From assembly GCA_011389885.1 (NCBI GenBank), contig JAABTK010000012.1:1371-65370 (forward strand): DNA of 64,000 nucleotides, read 5' to 3'. Below, piece by piece: positions 49,358 to 58,195 of this stretch. This DNA comes from Gammaproteobacteria bacterium (GTDB lineage Bacteria; Pseudomonadota; Gammaproteobacteria; Chromatiales; Chromatiaceae). Numbering within the stretch: position 1 is the stretch's first letter; every line of letters starts with the position of its first letter. The position numbers and the translations under genes are program-made. The notes under the pieces were generated by a model that was not told where the DNA came from, searched no databases, and saw only the letters and a program-made list of their open reading frames with translations.

Positions 49358-49790
49358 TACAACTGCGCCTCAGTCTCGGAAAGGCTCCCTCGGAAACAAC
49401 CAGGCGCTTTCGGAACGCAGGGCGCGCGGAGAACCGCAGGGGGCGCAGAGAGGCGTCTCGATTGAAAGGATCAGCGCCGCCGCCCGCCAGCCGCCGCTTC
49501 AGCGGCGAATGCACTTCGCCGGCCCGCCCCCTATATGACTGCGGGCTCGAAGCGGACGCGCCTTGGCCCGGGCGCGTAACCGGAAGCCCGCACAGCCCGC
49601 GGGCTGTACTCCGGGCGGCTAGGCGGCGCTTTGGCGCCGGGCAGGCGCAGGCCAAGCTGAACACGCGCTTTCCAGGGCCACAGCAACACAGCCAAACCGC
49701 AAACGGTTTGCGTGCGCCGCCCAATGGCCGGGTTTTCAAACTTCAATCCAAGCGTCCCCAAGCCGTTGTTGCGGTTATTTGGGCGCCGGC
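49358..49790. repeat. Foldback MITE-like element, copy 5 (long form)
   Basis: It begins at the base after the stop codon. The left arm is ..CGGAAACAACCAGGCGCTTTCGGAACGCAGGGCGCGCGGAGAACCGCAGGGGGCGCAGAGAGGCG and the right terminus is GCCGTTGTTGCGGTTATTTGGGCGCC. Confidence 0.7.
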
Positions 49791-49809
49791 GCATCAGCCG
49801 CCGGGGCAT

Positions 49810-50964
49810 TCAAACCCCGCCGCGGTCCGGCGGCCGCCGCACCAGAAAGGCCTCGATCTCTCCCCGGCCCTTGATCTTGATCCGCCCCCTGGGCTCCGTC
49901 TGATAGCTGCGCGGCAGGCGGCTGCGGGTGTGATCGGTGACCTGCACCCGCCCCGGCGCCCCGTGGGACTCCATGCGGCTGGCGATGTTGACGGTGTCGC
50001 CCCAGAGGTCGTAGCTGAATTTCTTGCGCCCGATCACCCCCGCCACTACGGGCCCGGTGTGGACGCCGATGCGCACGTCCATCGCGGCGTCACAGGTTTG
50101 GTTGAATTCGGCAATGGCATCCAGCATGCCAAGCCCCATATCCACCAACACCCGGGGATGGTCCGCCATGGGGTCGGGGAGGCCGGCCACCACCATATAA
50201 GCGTCGCCGATGGTCTTGATCTTTTCCAGCCCGAGGCGCTCGGCCAATTCGTCGAAGCGACTGAAGATTTGGTCGAGCATGGACACCAGCGCCTCGGGCG
50301 TGACCCGGGTGGAAAAATCCGTAAAGCCCACGATATCGGCGAACAGTACGCTGGCATCGGCGTGGCTATCGGCGATCAAGGCCTCGCCCTGCTTCAGCCG
50401 CTGGGCGACGCTCTGGGGCAGGATGTTCAGCAGCAGGCATTCGGATTTGTCCTGCTCGACCAACAGGGCCTGATGGGCCTGGGTCAGTTCCTCGTGTTTC
50501 AGCCGATAGATCTCGGCCTGATTGGCGCGATTGATCAAGCTCAACAGGCGCAGGATGCGCAGCACCCTCAGCAGTCGCAACACCGCGGCGAACTGGGCCT
50601 GGGGTAAAAAACACAACGCGATGATGATGAAGTCGAACAGGTTCCAGCCCGCTTGGAAGAACCGCCACGGCCGCTTGCCATAGGCCCCGATGCGCACCCC
50701 AAGCTCGACCAGGAACACCGCCAGCGCCAGCCCCTCCAGCGCCCGCAGCACGTCGCCGTAGGACTCCCGCATCCAGCCGATGGACTCAAACCCCACCAGC
50801 ATGGAGGAAAAAAGGATCACGCCCACGATAAAGGTCTGAAACCCGGAGGAGTTGGCCAGGGTTTCGAGCCGGCGGCTCAGCGCGCCCTGCCCGGCCTCGG
50901 CGGGATCCATCTGAACCGCCGGGTCTTTCAGGTCGGACGCGCCACAAGCTTGTTTAATCGGCAT
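49810..50964 (-). CDS. Voltage-sensor-domain (S1-S4 only) :: class III adenylate cyclase fusion
   Basis: Four TM helices, the last being an S4 (RLLRVLRILRLL, Arg every third residue), with no pore segment. A coiled linker follows, then a cyclase domain (FADIVGFT, KIKTIGDAYM, YDLWGDTVNIASRME). An AGGAGAG Shine-Dalgarno precedes MPIKQ, and the start overlaps the upstream GT stop. Confidence 0.8.
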   Translation of the reverse strand: MPIKQACGASDLKDPAVQMDPAEAGQGALSRRLETLANSSGFQTFIVGVILFSSMLVGFESIGWMRESYGDVLRALEGLALAVFLVELGVRIGAYGKRPWRFFQAGWNLFDFIIIALCFLPQAQFAAVLRLLRVLRILRLLSLINRANQAEIYRLKHEELTQAHQALLVEQDKSECLLLNILPQSVAQRLKQGEALIADSHADASVLFADIVGFTDFSTRVTPEALVSMLDQIFSRFDELAERLGLEKIKTIGDAYMVVAGLPDPMADHPRVLVDMGLGMLDAIAEFNQTCDAAMDVRIGVHTGPVVAGVIGRKKFSYDLWGDTVNIASRMESHGAPGRVQVTDHTRSRLPRSYQTEPRGRIKIKGRGEIEAFLVRRPPDRGGV

Positions 50965-52366
50965 CGTACTCTCCTGCGGTTGTCGGAACCACCAACCCTT
51001 GGTCGCACCAGGCGCGCAAGCGAACCGCATCGATCCGCCCGCCGCGGAATGAGCCTGCACCGCTCAACAGCTCCGCCAACCGCGGCGCAGCCAAGCGCTC
51101 GGCGCGAATGTCATGGTAAAACTCGCCGTCTTCGCGCTGATAGCACCAAGGGGCCAGGCGGTATCGGGTGTCCGCTCCGGGGCGAAAATCCCGGTAGCGC
51201 ATGGGCGCCTGCTTTTGCGCCCCGAGGATGGTCTCGGCGTAGGCGTCGAGTTGGCGCGCCAAGCCGAAGCGCCGGTGCAGATAGGCCCGGGTCTGCGGCG
51301 CCACCCCGCGACCCTGGCGCAGGATCTCCGCCGCCCGGGCGGCGGCGGTGTCGTTGTCGTCGTAATGCACGCGCTGAATCATCCCCTCGGGCAACAGGGT
51401 CCGATGCGGCCCCACCCGGGATACGATCACCGGGGTCCCGCAGCCGAGGGATTCGTAGACCGCATTGCCGAAGGTCTCAACGCCCGGCCCCAGGGTCAGC
51501 ATCAGGTCGCCGAGGCTATAGTAATCCGGCATTAAGCGATGCGGCACCCAGGGGTGAAAATGGAAGTGGCCGCTCAGGCCCTTGGCCTCGATTGCGGCCA
51601 GCATTTCACCGTAGAAGCCGTCGATGCGGGCGCACAGATCGGCATCGAACCAGCGCGGCACCAGCACCTTTAAATCGGTCATGCCATAGCGCTTCACCAG
51701 GCGCTCGGTCACCGCGATGGTCTGCCAAATGCCCTTAAACGGCTCGGGCCGATGGGGGTGCAGCAGCACCGGACCGCCGCTCGGGCGAAAACCGAGCCAA
51801 TGCAGCAGCTCTTCGGCGGGCTGCACGGGCTTAAAGCGGGACCAGTCGATGCCGTTTTCTATGGTCCGCACCCGCGCCTGCGCGCCCGCCCAATACCGCC
51901 CCGCGGTGGCCAGGTAGAGTTGGCGCGAATACTCGGAGATGGCGATCATGGCATCGCCGCGAAACAGAAAGGCCCCGATCATGGTCTCGGCATAGACGTT
52001 GTCGCGCAGCGAGACCACGGTGGGCACTTGCGCGTACAGCTCCGGGAACAGGAGTTCGCCGTCGTGGATATAGAAGCGGTCGGCCAGCCGCAACTGCTCG
52101 CCAAGGAGCCCGAGGTTTTGCGCGTAGGCGTAATAGGGAATCGCATAGGGCTCGGGAAACGGCTGTTTGAATTGCAGCTCGGGCCGCACCTCCACCCGCG
52201 GATGCCAGCGGAACGCCTGCTGCGAGTCGGCGCGCCGCGTGCTCAAGATGGTCACCTCGTGCCCCAGCTCGCCCAAATGCACGGCCACGGCCTGTAGGTG
52301 CTTGGGCGAACCGCCATTCACCTTTTCAGGAAACAGCGGGTTAATGGAAAACATCAGGACCTTCAT
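50954..52366 (-). CDS. Glycosyltransferase, GT4/GT-B fold
   Basis: 470 aa with an N-terminal MKVLMFSINP..GG motif and a C-terminal EX7E-type motif (ETFGNAVYESLGCGTPVI). The start was trimmed from 52429. Confidence 0.83.
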   Translation of the reverse strand: MKVLMFSINPLFPEKVNGGSPKHLQAVAVHLGELGHEVTILSTRRADSQQAFRWHPRVEVRPELQFKQPFPEPYAIPYYAYAQNLGLLGEQLRLADRFYIHDGELLFPELYAQVPTVVSLRDNVYAETMIGAFLFRGDAMIAISEYSRQLYLATAGRYWAGAQARVRTIENGIDWSRFKPVQPAEELLHWLGFRPSGGPVLLHPHRPEPFKGIWQTIAVTERLVKRYGMTDLKVLVPRWFDADLCARIDGFYGEMLAAIEAKGLSGHFHFHPWVPHRLMPDYYSLGDLMLTLGPGVETFGNAVYESLGCGTPVIVSRVGPHRTLLPEGMIQRVHYDDNDTAAARAAEILRQGRGVAPQTRAYLHRRFGLARQLDAYAETILGAQKQAPMRYRDFRPGADTRYRLAPWCYQREDGEFYHDIRAERLAAPRLAELLSGAGSFRGGRIDAVRLRAWCDQGLVVPTTAGEYDAD

Positions 52367-52370
52367 CGGC

Positions 52371-53150
52371 TCAGCACAGCACCATGCCGCCGTCCACCGC
52401 AAGCGCCTGACCGGTGAGGTAGCGCGCATCCTCCGAGGCCAGGAAGGCCGCCACGCCGGCGATCTCCTCCGGCTCGGCGAAGCGCCCCAGCGGGCAATCC
52501 GCCGCGCGCATGGCCAGCCACTCCGGCGGGCTCATGCCCAACCCGGGGGCCACGGCGCGGGCCACCTCGTGCAGCATCGGGGTTTCGGTGTTGCCGGGGC
52601 AGATCACATTGGCGGTGACCCCGAAGGGCGCCAGCTCCAACGCCACCGAGCGGGTGAGGCCGATCACGCCGCTCTTGGAGGCCGAATACTGCGCGGTGGC
52701 CGGGAAACTGGTCTTGCCGGCCATGGAGGAGACGTTCACGATACTGCCCGCGGCCTGCTCCTTCATCGGGGCCGCGGCCAGGCGGTTGCAGCGAAAGACG
52801 CCGCCGAGGTTGATCTCCAGCACCTCGTTCCAACTCGCGTCGGGCACCGCCTCCAACGGCTGTCCGGCATAGACGCCGGCGCAGGTCACCAGCACGTCCA
52901 AGCGGCCGAAGGCGTCCAGCAGCTCCTCAAAGGCCCGCTCCAGCCCCCCGGCATCGCGCACGTCGCAATCCAGCTCGATGGGCTCGGCGCCCTGCTCCGC
53001 GCACAGCTCCGCGGTCTCGCGATTGCCCGCGGCATCCCAATCCAGCAACCCGACCTGCGCCCCCTCGCGCGCAAAACGCAACGCACAGGCGCGGCCGATG
53101 CCGCTGGCCGCGCCGGTCACCAGCACCGACTTGTCGTCGAAACGTCTCAT
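52371..53150 (-). CDS. SDR-family oxidoreductase (FabG-like)
   Basis: 259 aa with TGAASGIG and YSASK motifs. The start was trimmed from 53351. Confidence 0.87.
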   Translation of the reverse strand: MRRFDDKSVLVTGAASGIGRACALRFAREGAQVGLLDWDAAGNRETAELCAEQGAEPIELDCDVRDAGGLERAFEELLDAFGRLDVLVTCAGVYAGQPLEAVPDASWNEVLEINLGGVFRCNRLAAAPMKEQAAGSIVNVSSMAGKTSFPATAQYSASKSGVIGLTRSVALELAPFGVTANVICPGNTETPMLHEVARAVAPGLGMSPPEWLAMRAADCPLGRFAEPEEIAGVAAFLASEDARYLTGQALAVDGGMVLC

Positions 53151-53231
53151 TCCTTCATCGCCCGGTTTCCAGGATAATTGCCGCGATTCTACCTTGTCCG
53201 ATCGAAAACGCCACTTCACAAAGGAGACGCC

Positions 53232-54005
53232 ATGCCCGCCACCCCTCCGCCGCGCCCCGCCGCCCTGATCACCGGCGGCGCCATCCGCCTCGGCCGCTCC
53301 ATCGCCCTGGCCCTGGCCGAGCAGGGTTACGACATCGCCCTCCACTACCACAGCTCGACCGGCCCCGCGGAGGAGACCGCCGCCCAGATCCGCGCCTTCG
53401 GCGTCGCCTGCCGCACCTTGCGTTGCGACCTCGCCCGCAGCGCCGACCTCGACGGCCTGATCGCCGACGCCGTTGCCGCCTTTCCCGCCCTCCGCGTACT
53501 GGTGAACAGCGCCTCGGGCTATGTGCAGGCGAACATCGGCGACAGCCGCCCCGAAGACTTTGATCAGCTCTTCGCGGTCAACCTGCGCGCGCCCTATTTC
53601 CTATCCGCCGCCTTCGCCGCCCGCGTGGCGCAGGGAGAGATTATTAACATCATAGACAATAAAATCGGCTTCAATCAGTTCAAATATGCCGCCTACCTGC
53701 TGACCAAAAAGGCCCTGGCCGATTTCACCCGCATGGCGGCGCTGGAGTTCGCGCCGCGCATCCGCGTCAACGGCGTGGCCCCCGGGGTCATCGACCCCAT
53801 GGCCAGCCGCAGCGCGGAATACATTCAGTGGCGCATCCGCGGCATCCCGGTGCAGCGCAAGGGCGAAAACCGGCACATTACCGCGGCGCTCCTGCACCTG
53901 CTGCAAAACGACTTCGTAAACGGCCAGGTGCTGGCGGTGGACGGCGGCGAGAACATCGCCCATACCGGACGCAACGCAGGCGACTACGACCCGGCCAAGG
54001 TTTGA
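53232..54005 (+). CDS. Pteridine reductase-like SDR (PTR1/FolM type)
   Basis: ALITGGAIRLGRSIALALAEQGYDIALHYHSS closely resembles the PTR1/FolM N-terminus, and a YxxxK (YLLTK) motif is present. The start was trimmed from 53178. Confidence 0.75.
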   Translation: MPATPPPRPAALITGGAIRLGRSIALALAEQGYDIALHYHSSTGPAEETAAQIRAFGVACRTLRCDLARSADLDGLIADAVAAFPALRVLVNSASGYVQANIGDSRPEDFDQLFAVNLRAPYFLSAAFAARVAQGEIINIIDNKIGFNQFKYAAYLLTKKALADFTRMAALEFAPRIRVNGVAPGVIDPMASRSAEYIQWRIRGIPVQRKGENRHITAALLHLLQNDFVNGQVLAVDGGENIAHTGRNAGDYDPAKV

Positions 54006-54020
54006 GACCGGCGCATAGTT

Positions 54021-54420
54021 GGCGCGCAAATAACGGAAACAATGCATCAATCGACCACCTCTCTTGCGGGAGCGGCTTGTTTCGGGCGTTTTCTCGCTTC
54101 TCGTCCCCATGCGCCGCATGGGAATGCCGGCTCGGCCGCGTCGCGGTCCGACTCAGGATGCGACGCACCCAAGACCGGGGCGTCGGGTAGACGACTACAG
54201 GCGCGCCTAAGTATCGGCAACCAACCAGGCGCTTTCGGAGTACCGAGCGCACGCCTAGCCGCACAGCCCGAGGGCTGCACTCCAGCGGCTAGGCGAGGCT
54301 TCAGCGGCGCGCAGCCATCGCCACGCTGGCGCGCAACAAAAAGCAAGCAAAAAAACCGCATCTGCGCCCCTCTGCGCCCTCAGCGGCCCTCAAGACGCCG
54401 CCCCGGCGCCGTGCGGCGGT
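54021..54420. repeat. Two juxtaposed partial foldback-element copies (copy 6)
   Basis: GGCGCGCAAATAACGGAAACAA at 54021; a second left arm GCGCCTAAGTATCGGCAACCAACCAGGCGCTTTCGG at about 54203; shared ACAGCCCGAGGGCTG hairpin module. Confidence 0.6.
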
Positions 54421-54426
54421 AACAGG

Positions 54427-54957
54427 TTAGGGCAAACCCGTGACATCCACCCCGCCGCCGTGGCGCCATCGAATCCGCGCCGCCCCCACCCCGAAGAGCG
54501 CATCGCCAAGACGCAACCGCCGGCCCTCGATCACCGCCGCGGTCGCCCCAGGGTCCAGCAGCCCGAGGCCTTCGGCCAGCTCTTGAACGCTGGGGCGCAG
54601 GTAAGGCTCCGTGGGCAAATCGGCCGCCGTCAACCGGGCGCCGGGGGCCAGGCGCCGCAAAATGTCGATATCCGCGGGGCGATCTTTGATCTTCTTGTCC
54701 GGGTCGCTCCGATCCCGGCCCAGGCCCTCCTCGATCGCGTTAAACAGGGATTTAACCTCCGCCTCGGGCCGCTCGGTGGGCACGAAAGCGGCTAAATTCA
54801 AAAAGCTGTTGGCGGTGCGCATGCCTTCGGGGGCGGTGGGCCGCACGCTACTGATGTAGAGTTCGCCAAAGGCCTCGGCCAGGCCCCCGAGGATGCGGGG
54901 CACGTTGGCCCCGGGGTCGAGATTGCTGCCGATGCCGAGCAAAAAGCCGCGTCTCAT
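54427..54957 (-). CDS. HPPK-like (6-hydroxymethyl-dihydropterin pyrophosphokinase family) protein with a C-terminal extension
   Basis: LLGIGSNL start motif, FLNLAAFV and RPADIDIL motifs. The start was trimmed from 55134. Confidence 0.65.
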   Translation of the reverse strand: MRRGFLLGIGSNLDPGANVPRILGGLAEAFGELYISSVRPTAPEGMRTANSFLNLAAFVPTERPEAEVKSLFNAIEEGLGRDRSDPDKKIKDRPADIDILRRLAPGARLTAADLPTEPYLRPSVQELAEGLGLLDPGATAAVIEGRRLRLGDALFGVGAARIRWRHGGGVDVTGLP

Positions 54958-55124
54958 ATTGGGATTCCTCCATCTGGCCCCTTCCTTGCAGAGACATTGT
55001 GCCGGCGTCCTTGCCGCGAGCATCGCGAAGGCGCTAAGGCACTGTTCCCGATAGCCCTTTTTTCCATTGATCCGAAAACCGGAACAACCCGGCTTTGCAA
55101 GGATCCCGACACAGGAGAGATTCG

Positions 55125-55448
55125 ATGCTGACAATGACCGACAAAGCCGCCCAGGCCGTAAAGCGTTTCGTGCGTTTTTCCGAGGAACCCTTCGGCGGCC
55201 TGCGGGTGGGGGTGACCAGCGGCGGTTGCTCGGGTTTTCAATATGAAATCGAAATGGCCAAGGAAGCGGCCCCCGAGGATCAGGTGCTGGATGTCTCCGG
55301 GATCCAGGTCTTCATCGACCCCGCCAGCGCGCCCCTGATTGATGGCCTGACCATCGACTTCAAAGAAACCCTGACCGAAAGCGGGTTCGTCTTCCATAAC
55401 CCCAACGCGTCCGGCAGTTGCGGCTGCGGCAAGTCGTTTCAGGCCTAA
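55125..55448 (+). CDS. A-type Fe-S cluster carrier (IscA/ErpA/HesB family)
   Basis: 107 aa with GGCSGFQY and C-terminal GSCGCGKSF cysteine ligands. The start was trimmed from 55095. Confidence 0.88.
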   Translation: MLTMTDKAAQAVKRFVRFSEEPFGGLRVGVTSGGCSGFQYEIEMAKEAAPEDQVLDVSGIQVFIDPASAPLIDGLTIDFKETLTESGFVFHNPNASGSCGCGKSFQA

Positions 55449-55617
55449 CCGCCCCCGCCGCGCCCTCGGCAAGGCGCCGAGGGCGACGCCCGATCTTCGA
55501 GGCCGTCCGAGAATGCAAGAATCGACTGCGGAAATGCCCTTTTGGTCAGATTTTGCGTTCATTTTCGTTAAATAGTCCCCGCTATTCGCCTCAAATGAAC
55601 CCGAAAACCGCCTCAAA

Positions 55618-56013
55618 ATGGCCTCCCCTCGCTACGGTTCCCCTTCTCGGACAGCCTCTCAGCCGCCCGCGAGCCCCGCATCGATGAAACCCCTCGCCCA
55701 TCCGCCCCGCCTCGACGATTACCTGCACCTGTTCGCGCTGTATCCCGGGGTCGAATTTTGGTCCGCCCGCCCGCAAGCGGACGGCGACCCCTATCTGCTG
55801 CTGTTCCGCCAGGTGATGCGCTATATGGCCATGGAAAGCGCCTTCAATACCGACCTCCCGAGCCCCTTTCGCAAGGCCGCCCGCGGCTACATGGACGGCG
55901 CGCCGGACCTACGCCGGCACTTCCAGGCCCCCGACAACCGCAACTTCCTGCTCTCCGACCTACTCGACTGGCTGCATTTGCAACAACGGCGCCGCAAGCG
56001 CTCCGCCGGGTAG
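55618..56013 (+). CDS. Hypothetical protein
   Basis: 131-aa ORF (alternative ATG at 55684). No recognisable motifs; the codon pattern is plausible. Confidence 0.4.
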   Translation: MASPRYGSPSRTASQPPASPASMKPLAHPPRLDDYLHLFALYPGVEFWSARPQADGDPYLLLFRQVMRYMAMESAFNTDLPSPFRKAARGYMDGAPDLRRHFQAPDNRNFLLSDLLDWLHLQQRRRKRSAG

Positions 56014-56140
56014 ACCCAGTATAGCCGCGCCTAAGTCTCTGAAACAACCCAGGCGCTTTCGGAACGCAGGGCAGGCGGAGAACCGCAGAGGGCGCAGAGA
56101 GGCGTTTCGATTTCATGCCCGCGCCCGTAGCCAGCATTTG

Positions 56141-56260
56141 AACCACGAATAGACACGAATGGACACGAATGGACACGAATAGACACGAATAGACACGAAT
56201 AGACACGAATGGACACGAATAGACACGAATGGACACGAATGGACACGAATGGACACGAAT
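56141..56260. repeat. Tandem array, 12 x 10 bp ((A/G)GACACGAAT)
   Basis: Exact 10-bp phasing. Units differ only at the first base (A or G) apart from a degenerate first unit, AACCACGAAT. Confidence 0.9.
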
Positions 56261-56485
56261 ATCCTATGCACTTCGCTTGCCCGCCCCTTGTATAACTGCG
56301 GGCTTGGGGCGTACACGTCTTGGCCCGGGCGCGTAACCGGAAACCCGCACAGCCCGAGGGCTGTGCTCCAGGCCGATGGCTATACCCCAGGCGGCTAGGC
56401 GAGGCCGCTGCCGAACTGAAGTCCGGGCTCCGGGCGCGGCGGGATTACGCCTCGGTCACGAAACCAAAACGATGCGCGTCCCACA

Positions 56486-56757
56486 GGGCGTTATCGCGGA
56501 TGCAATCCGCTCCCACGGGGGCGTTATCGCGGATGCAATCCGCTCCCACGGGGGCGTTATCGCGGATGCTATTCGCTCCCACGGTTGGCGTTATCGCGGA
56601 TGCAATCCGCTCCCACGATTGGCGTTATCGCGGATGCAATCCGCTCCCACGGTTGGCGTTATCGCGGATGCAATCCGCTCCCACGGTTGGCGTTATCGCG
56701 GATGCAATCCGCTCCCACGGGGGCGTTATCGCGGATGCTATTCGCTCCCACGGTTGG
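56486..56757. repeat. Tandem array, 8 x 33/34 bp, each unit containing the hairpin GCGGATGCAATCCGC
   Basis: Unit starts (GCGTT) lie at 56488, 56521, 56554, 56588, 56622, 56656, 56690 and 56723. Units abut with no spacers, and two units carry the GCTATTCGC variant. Confidence 0.9.
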
Positions 56758-56774
56758 TGCGCAGGCGTAGTACA

Positions 56775-57125
56775 CTATTCCTCTGGCCCGATCGCCTGGC
56801 GCATGCGCGCCAGCGTGCGCACGATCGCCTTCGACATGATGTTGTACTCGGCGTGCAGCAGGGCGTGGGCGCGCTCGTCTTCGTTGTTCAAGGCCGCAAG
56901 CGCCACCTCCTCGGCATAGCGATGGAAGGCGATGTGCTCGTCCTGGAGTTTCTGGAACAATGGCAATTCACCGTAGGTCTCGGCGTTTTCGATGATCCAT
57001 TTGCCGAGCATGCACTCCACGTCGCTGCCCACCACCTGCGGATCCAGTCGAAGATCGCCGTCAATGTGGTCAAGCAACCGCTTTTTCCACTCCAGATGAG
57101 CCTCGATAGCTTGGTATAGTTTCAT
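56775..57125 (-). CDS. Stand-alone CZB (chemoreceptor zinc-binding) domain protein
   Basis: 116 aa with the HxxxW...CxLGKW...HxxxH pattern (AHLEW, CMLGKW, HIAFH). Confidence 0.72.
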   Translation of the reverse strand: MKLYQAIEAHLEWKKRLLDHIDGDLRLDPQVVGSDVECMLGKWIIENAETYGELPLFQKLQDEHIAFHRYAEEVALAALNNEDERAHALLHAEYNIMSKAIVRTLARMRQAIGPEE

Positions 57126-57338
57126 TTTGTTATAAACGTATTGAAATCTGGGCTGAGTTGGGTTTCACTAGGGATTCGGTGCGGGCTCGCAGCAGCGGCT
57201 CCCCTCGTCTGTATCCGTGCATAATGCCCGCAAGCCGAAGCAGCGGTCAACCGAGCAGTTTCTGCCGAATTGCCCCAGCGTTTCGCCCGCCGCCCGCTCT
57301 GGGCGGTCTTCGATTCCGCCAGTACAAGGTAACCAATA

Positions 57339-58145
57339 ATGAATAGAATCAATATGATAAAAGCCTCTTTCTTGGGTCTTTGCCTAGCCTGCGGGGTCGC
57401 CGAGGGCGGTCTGCGAGACACCCTCAAGGAGGCGCGCGATGGGTTTTCCGGGTCGGCGGGCGACGCCGGTCCCGGCGCGCAGGCCGCTAGCGATGAAACC
57501 GCTCAGTCTTCCGGCAACAGCGCCGTGGCGGCCCTCTCCAGCAATCAGATCATAGCCGGGCTAAAGGAAGGCCTGAGCGTCGGCGTGCGGCGCGCGGTAG
57601 AGACACTGGGGACCGAAGACGGCTTTTTAAAGGACCCGCAGGTGCGCATCCCGCTCCCGGATACGCTGCAAAAGCTGGAGGGCGGGCTGCGCCTGGCGGG
57701 CCAAGGCGCGCTGGCGGACGAATTCATCGCCACCATGAACCATGCCGCGGAACAGGCGGTGCCGCAGGCGGCAAGCATTTTGGGCGATGCGGTAACGGCC
57801 ATGAGTTTCGAGGATGCGCGGCGCATCCTCACAGGCCCCGAAGATGCGGCCACGCGGTATTTCCGCGAGCATAGTTGGGAGCAACTAGAGGCGGCGCTGC
57901 TGCCCATCGTGCAACAGGCCACGGCCGAAACCGGGGTCACGGCGGCCTACAAGAGCTTAATGAGCCAGGCCGGCGGGATTACCCAACGCTTCTTGAGCGA
58001 CGACCAGCTCGACCTCGACCGCTATGTAACGACGGAGGCCCTGGACGGCCTGTTTACCAAAGTGGCCGCGGAAGAGGCCGCCATTCGTAACGACCCGGTG
58101 GAGCGGACCACGGACCTGCTGCAACAGGTCTTCGGCGCGCTGTGA
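57339..58145 (+). CDS. DUF4197-like secreted protein
   Basis: 268 aa with a signal peptide/lipobox-like LGLCLACG and IAGLKEGLSVGVRRAVETLG, MNHAAEQAV motifs recalled for this family. Confidence 0.6.
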   Translation: MNRINMIKASFLGLCLACGVAEGGLRDTLKEARDGFSGSAGDAGPGAQAASDETAQSSGNSAVAALSSNQIIAGLKEGLSVGVRRAVETLGTEDGFLKDPQVRIPLPDTLQKLEGGLRLAGQGALADEFIATMNHAAEQAVPQAASILGDAVTAMSFEDARRILTGPEDAATRYFREHSWEQLEAALLPIVQQATAETGVTAAYKSLMSQAGGITQRFLSDDQLDLDRYVTTEALDGLFTKVAAEEAAIRNDPVERTTDLLQQVFGAL

Positions 58146-58195
58146 CCCGTTTCCCCCAATCGAAACGGGCTTTATAACCCGTCAGGATTGGGGGA

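Larger units (their letters stand above)
56024..56774. repeat. Composite foldback element, copy 7, carrying two internal tandem arrays
   Basis: The left arm GCCGCGCCTAAGTCTCTGAAACAACCCAGGCGCTTTCGGAACGCAG..GGGCGCAGAGAGGCGTTTCGATT and the internal modules are shared with copies 5 and 8. The right end GCGCAGGCGTAGTAC matches the copy 8 end. Confidence 0.65.

Noticed and set aside
56486-56757. The regular 33/34-bp repeats looked at first like a CRISPR array.
   Set aside because: The units are contiguous with no unique spacers between them. There are no cas genes in the window and no leader. This is a plain tandem repeat.
56031-57119. ORFs 56031..56316(-), 56320..56919(+), 56376..57119(+) and 56585..56770(+), which encode repetitive peptides (IRVHSCLFVS..., GVIADAIRSH...).
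   Set aside because: They are artefacts of translating the 10-bp and 33/34-bp arrays. The 33/34 alternation breaks any frame, and the 3' part overlaps the CZB gene in antisense.
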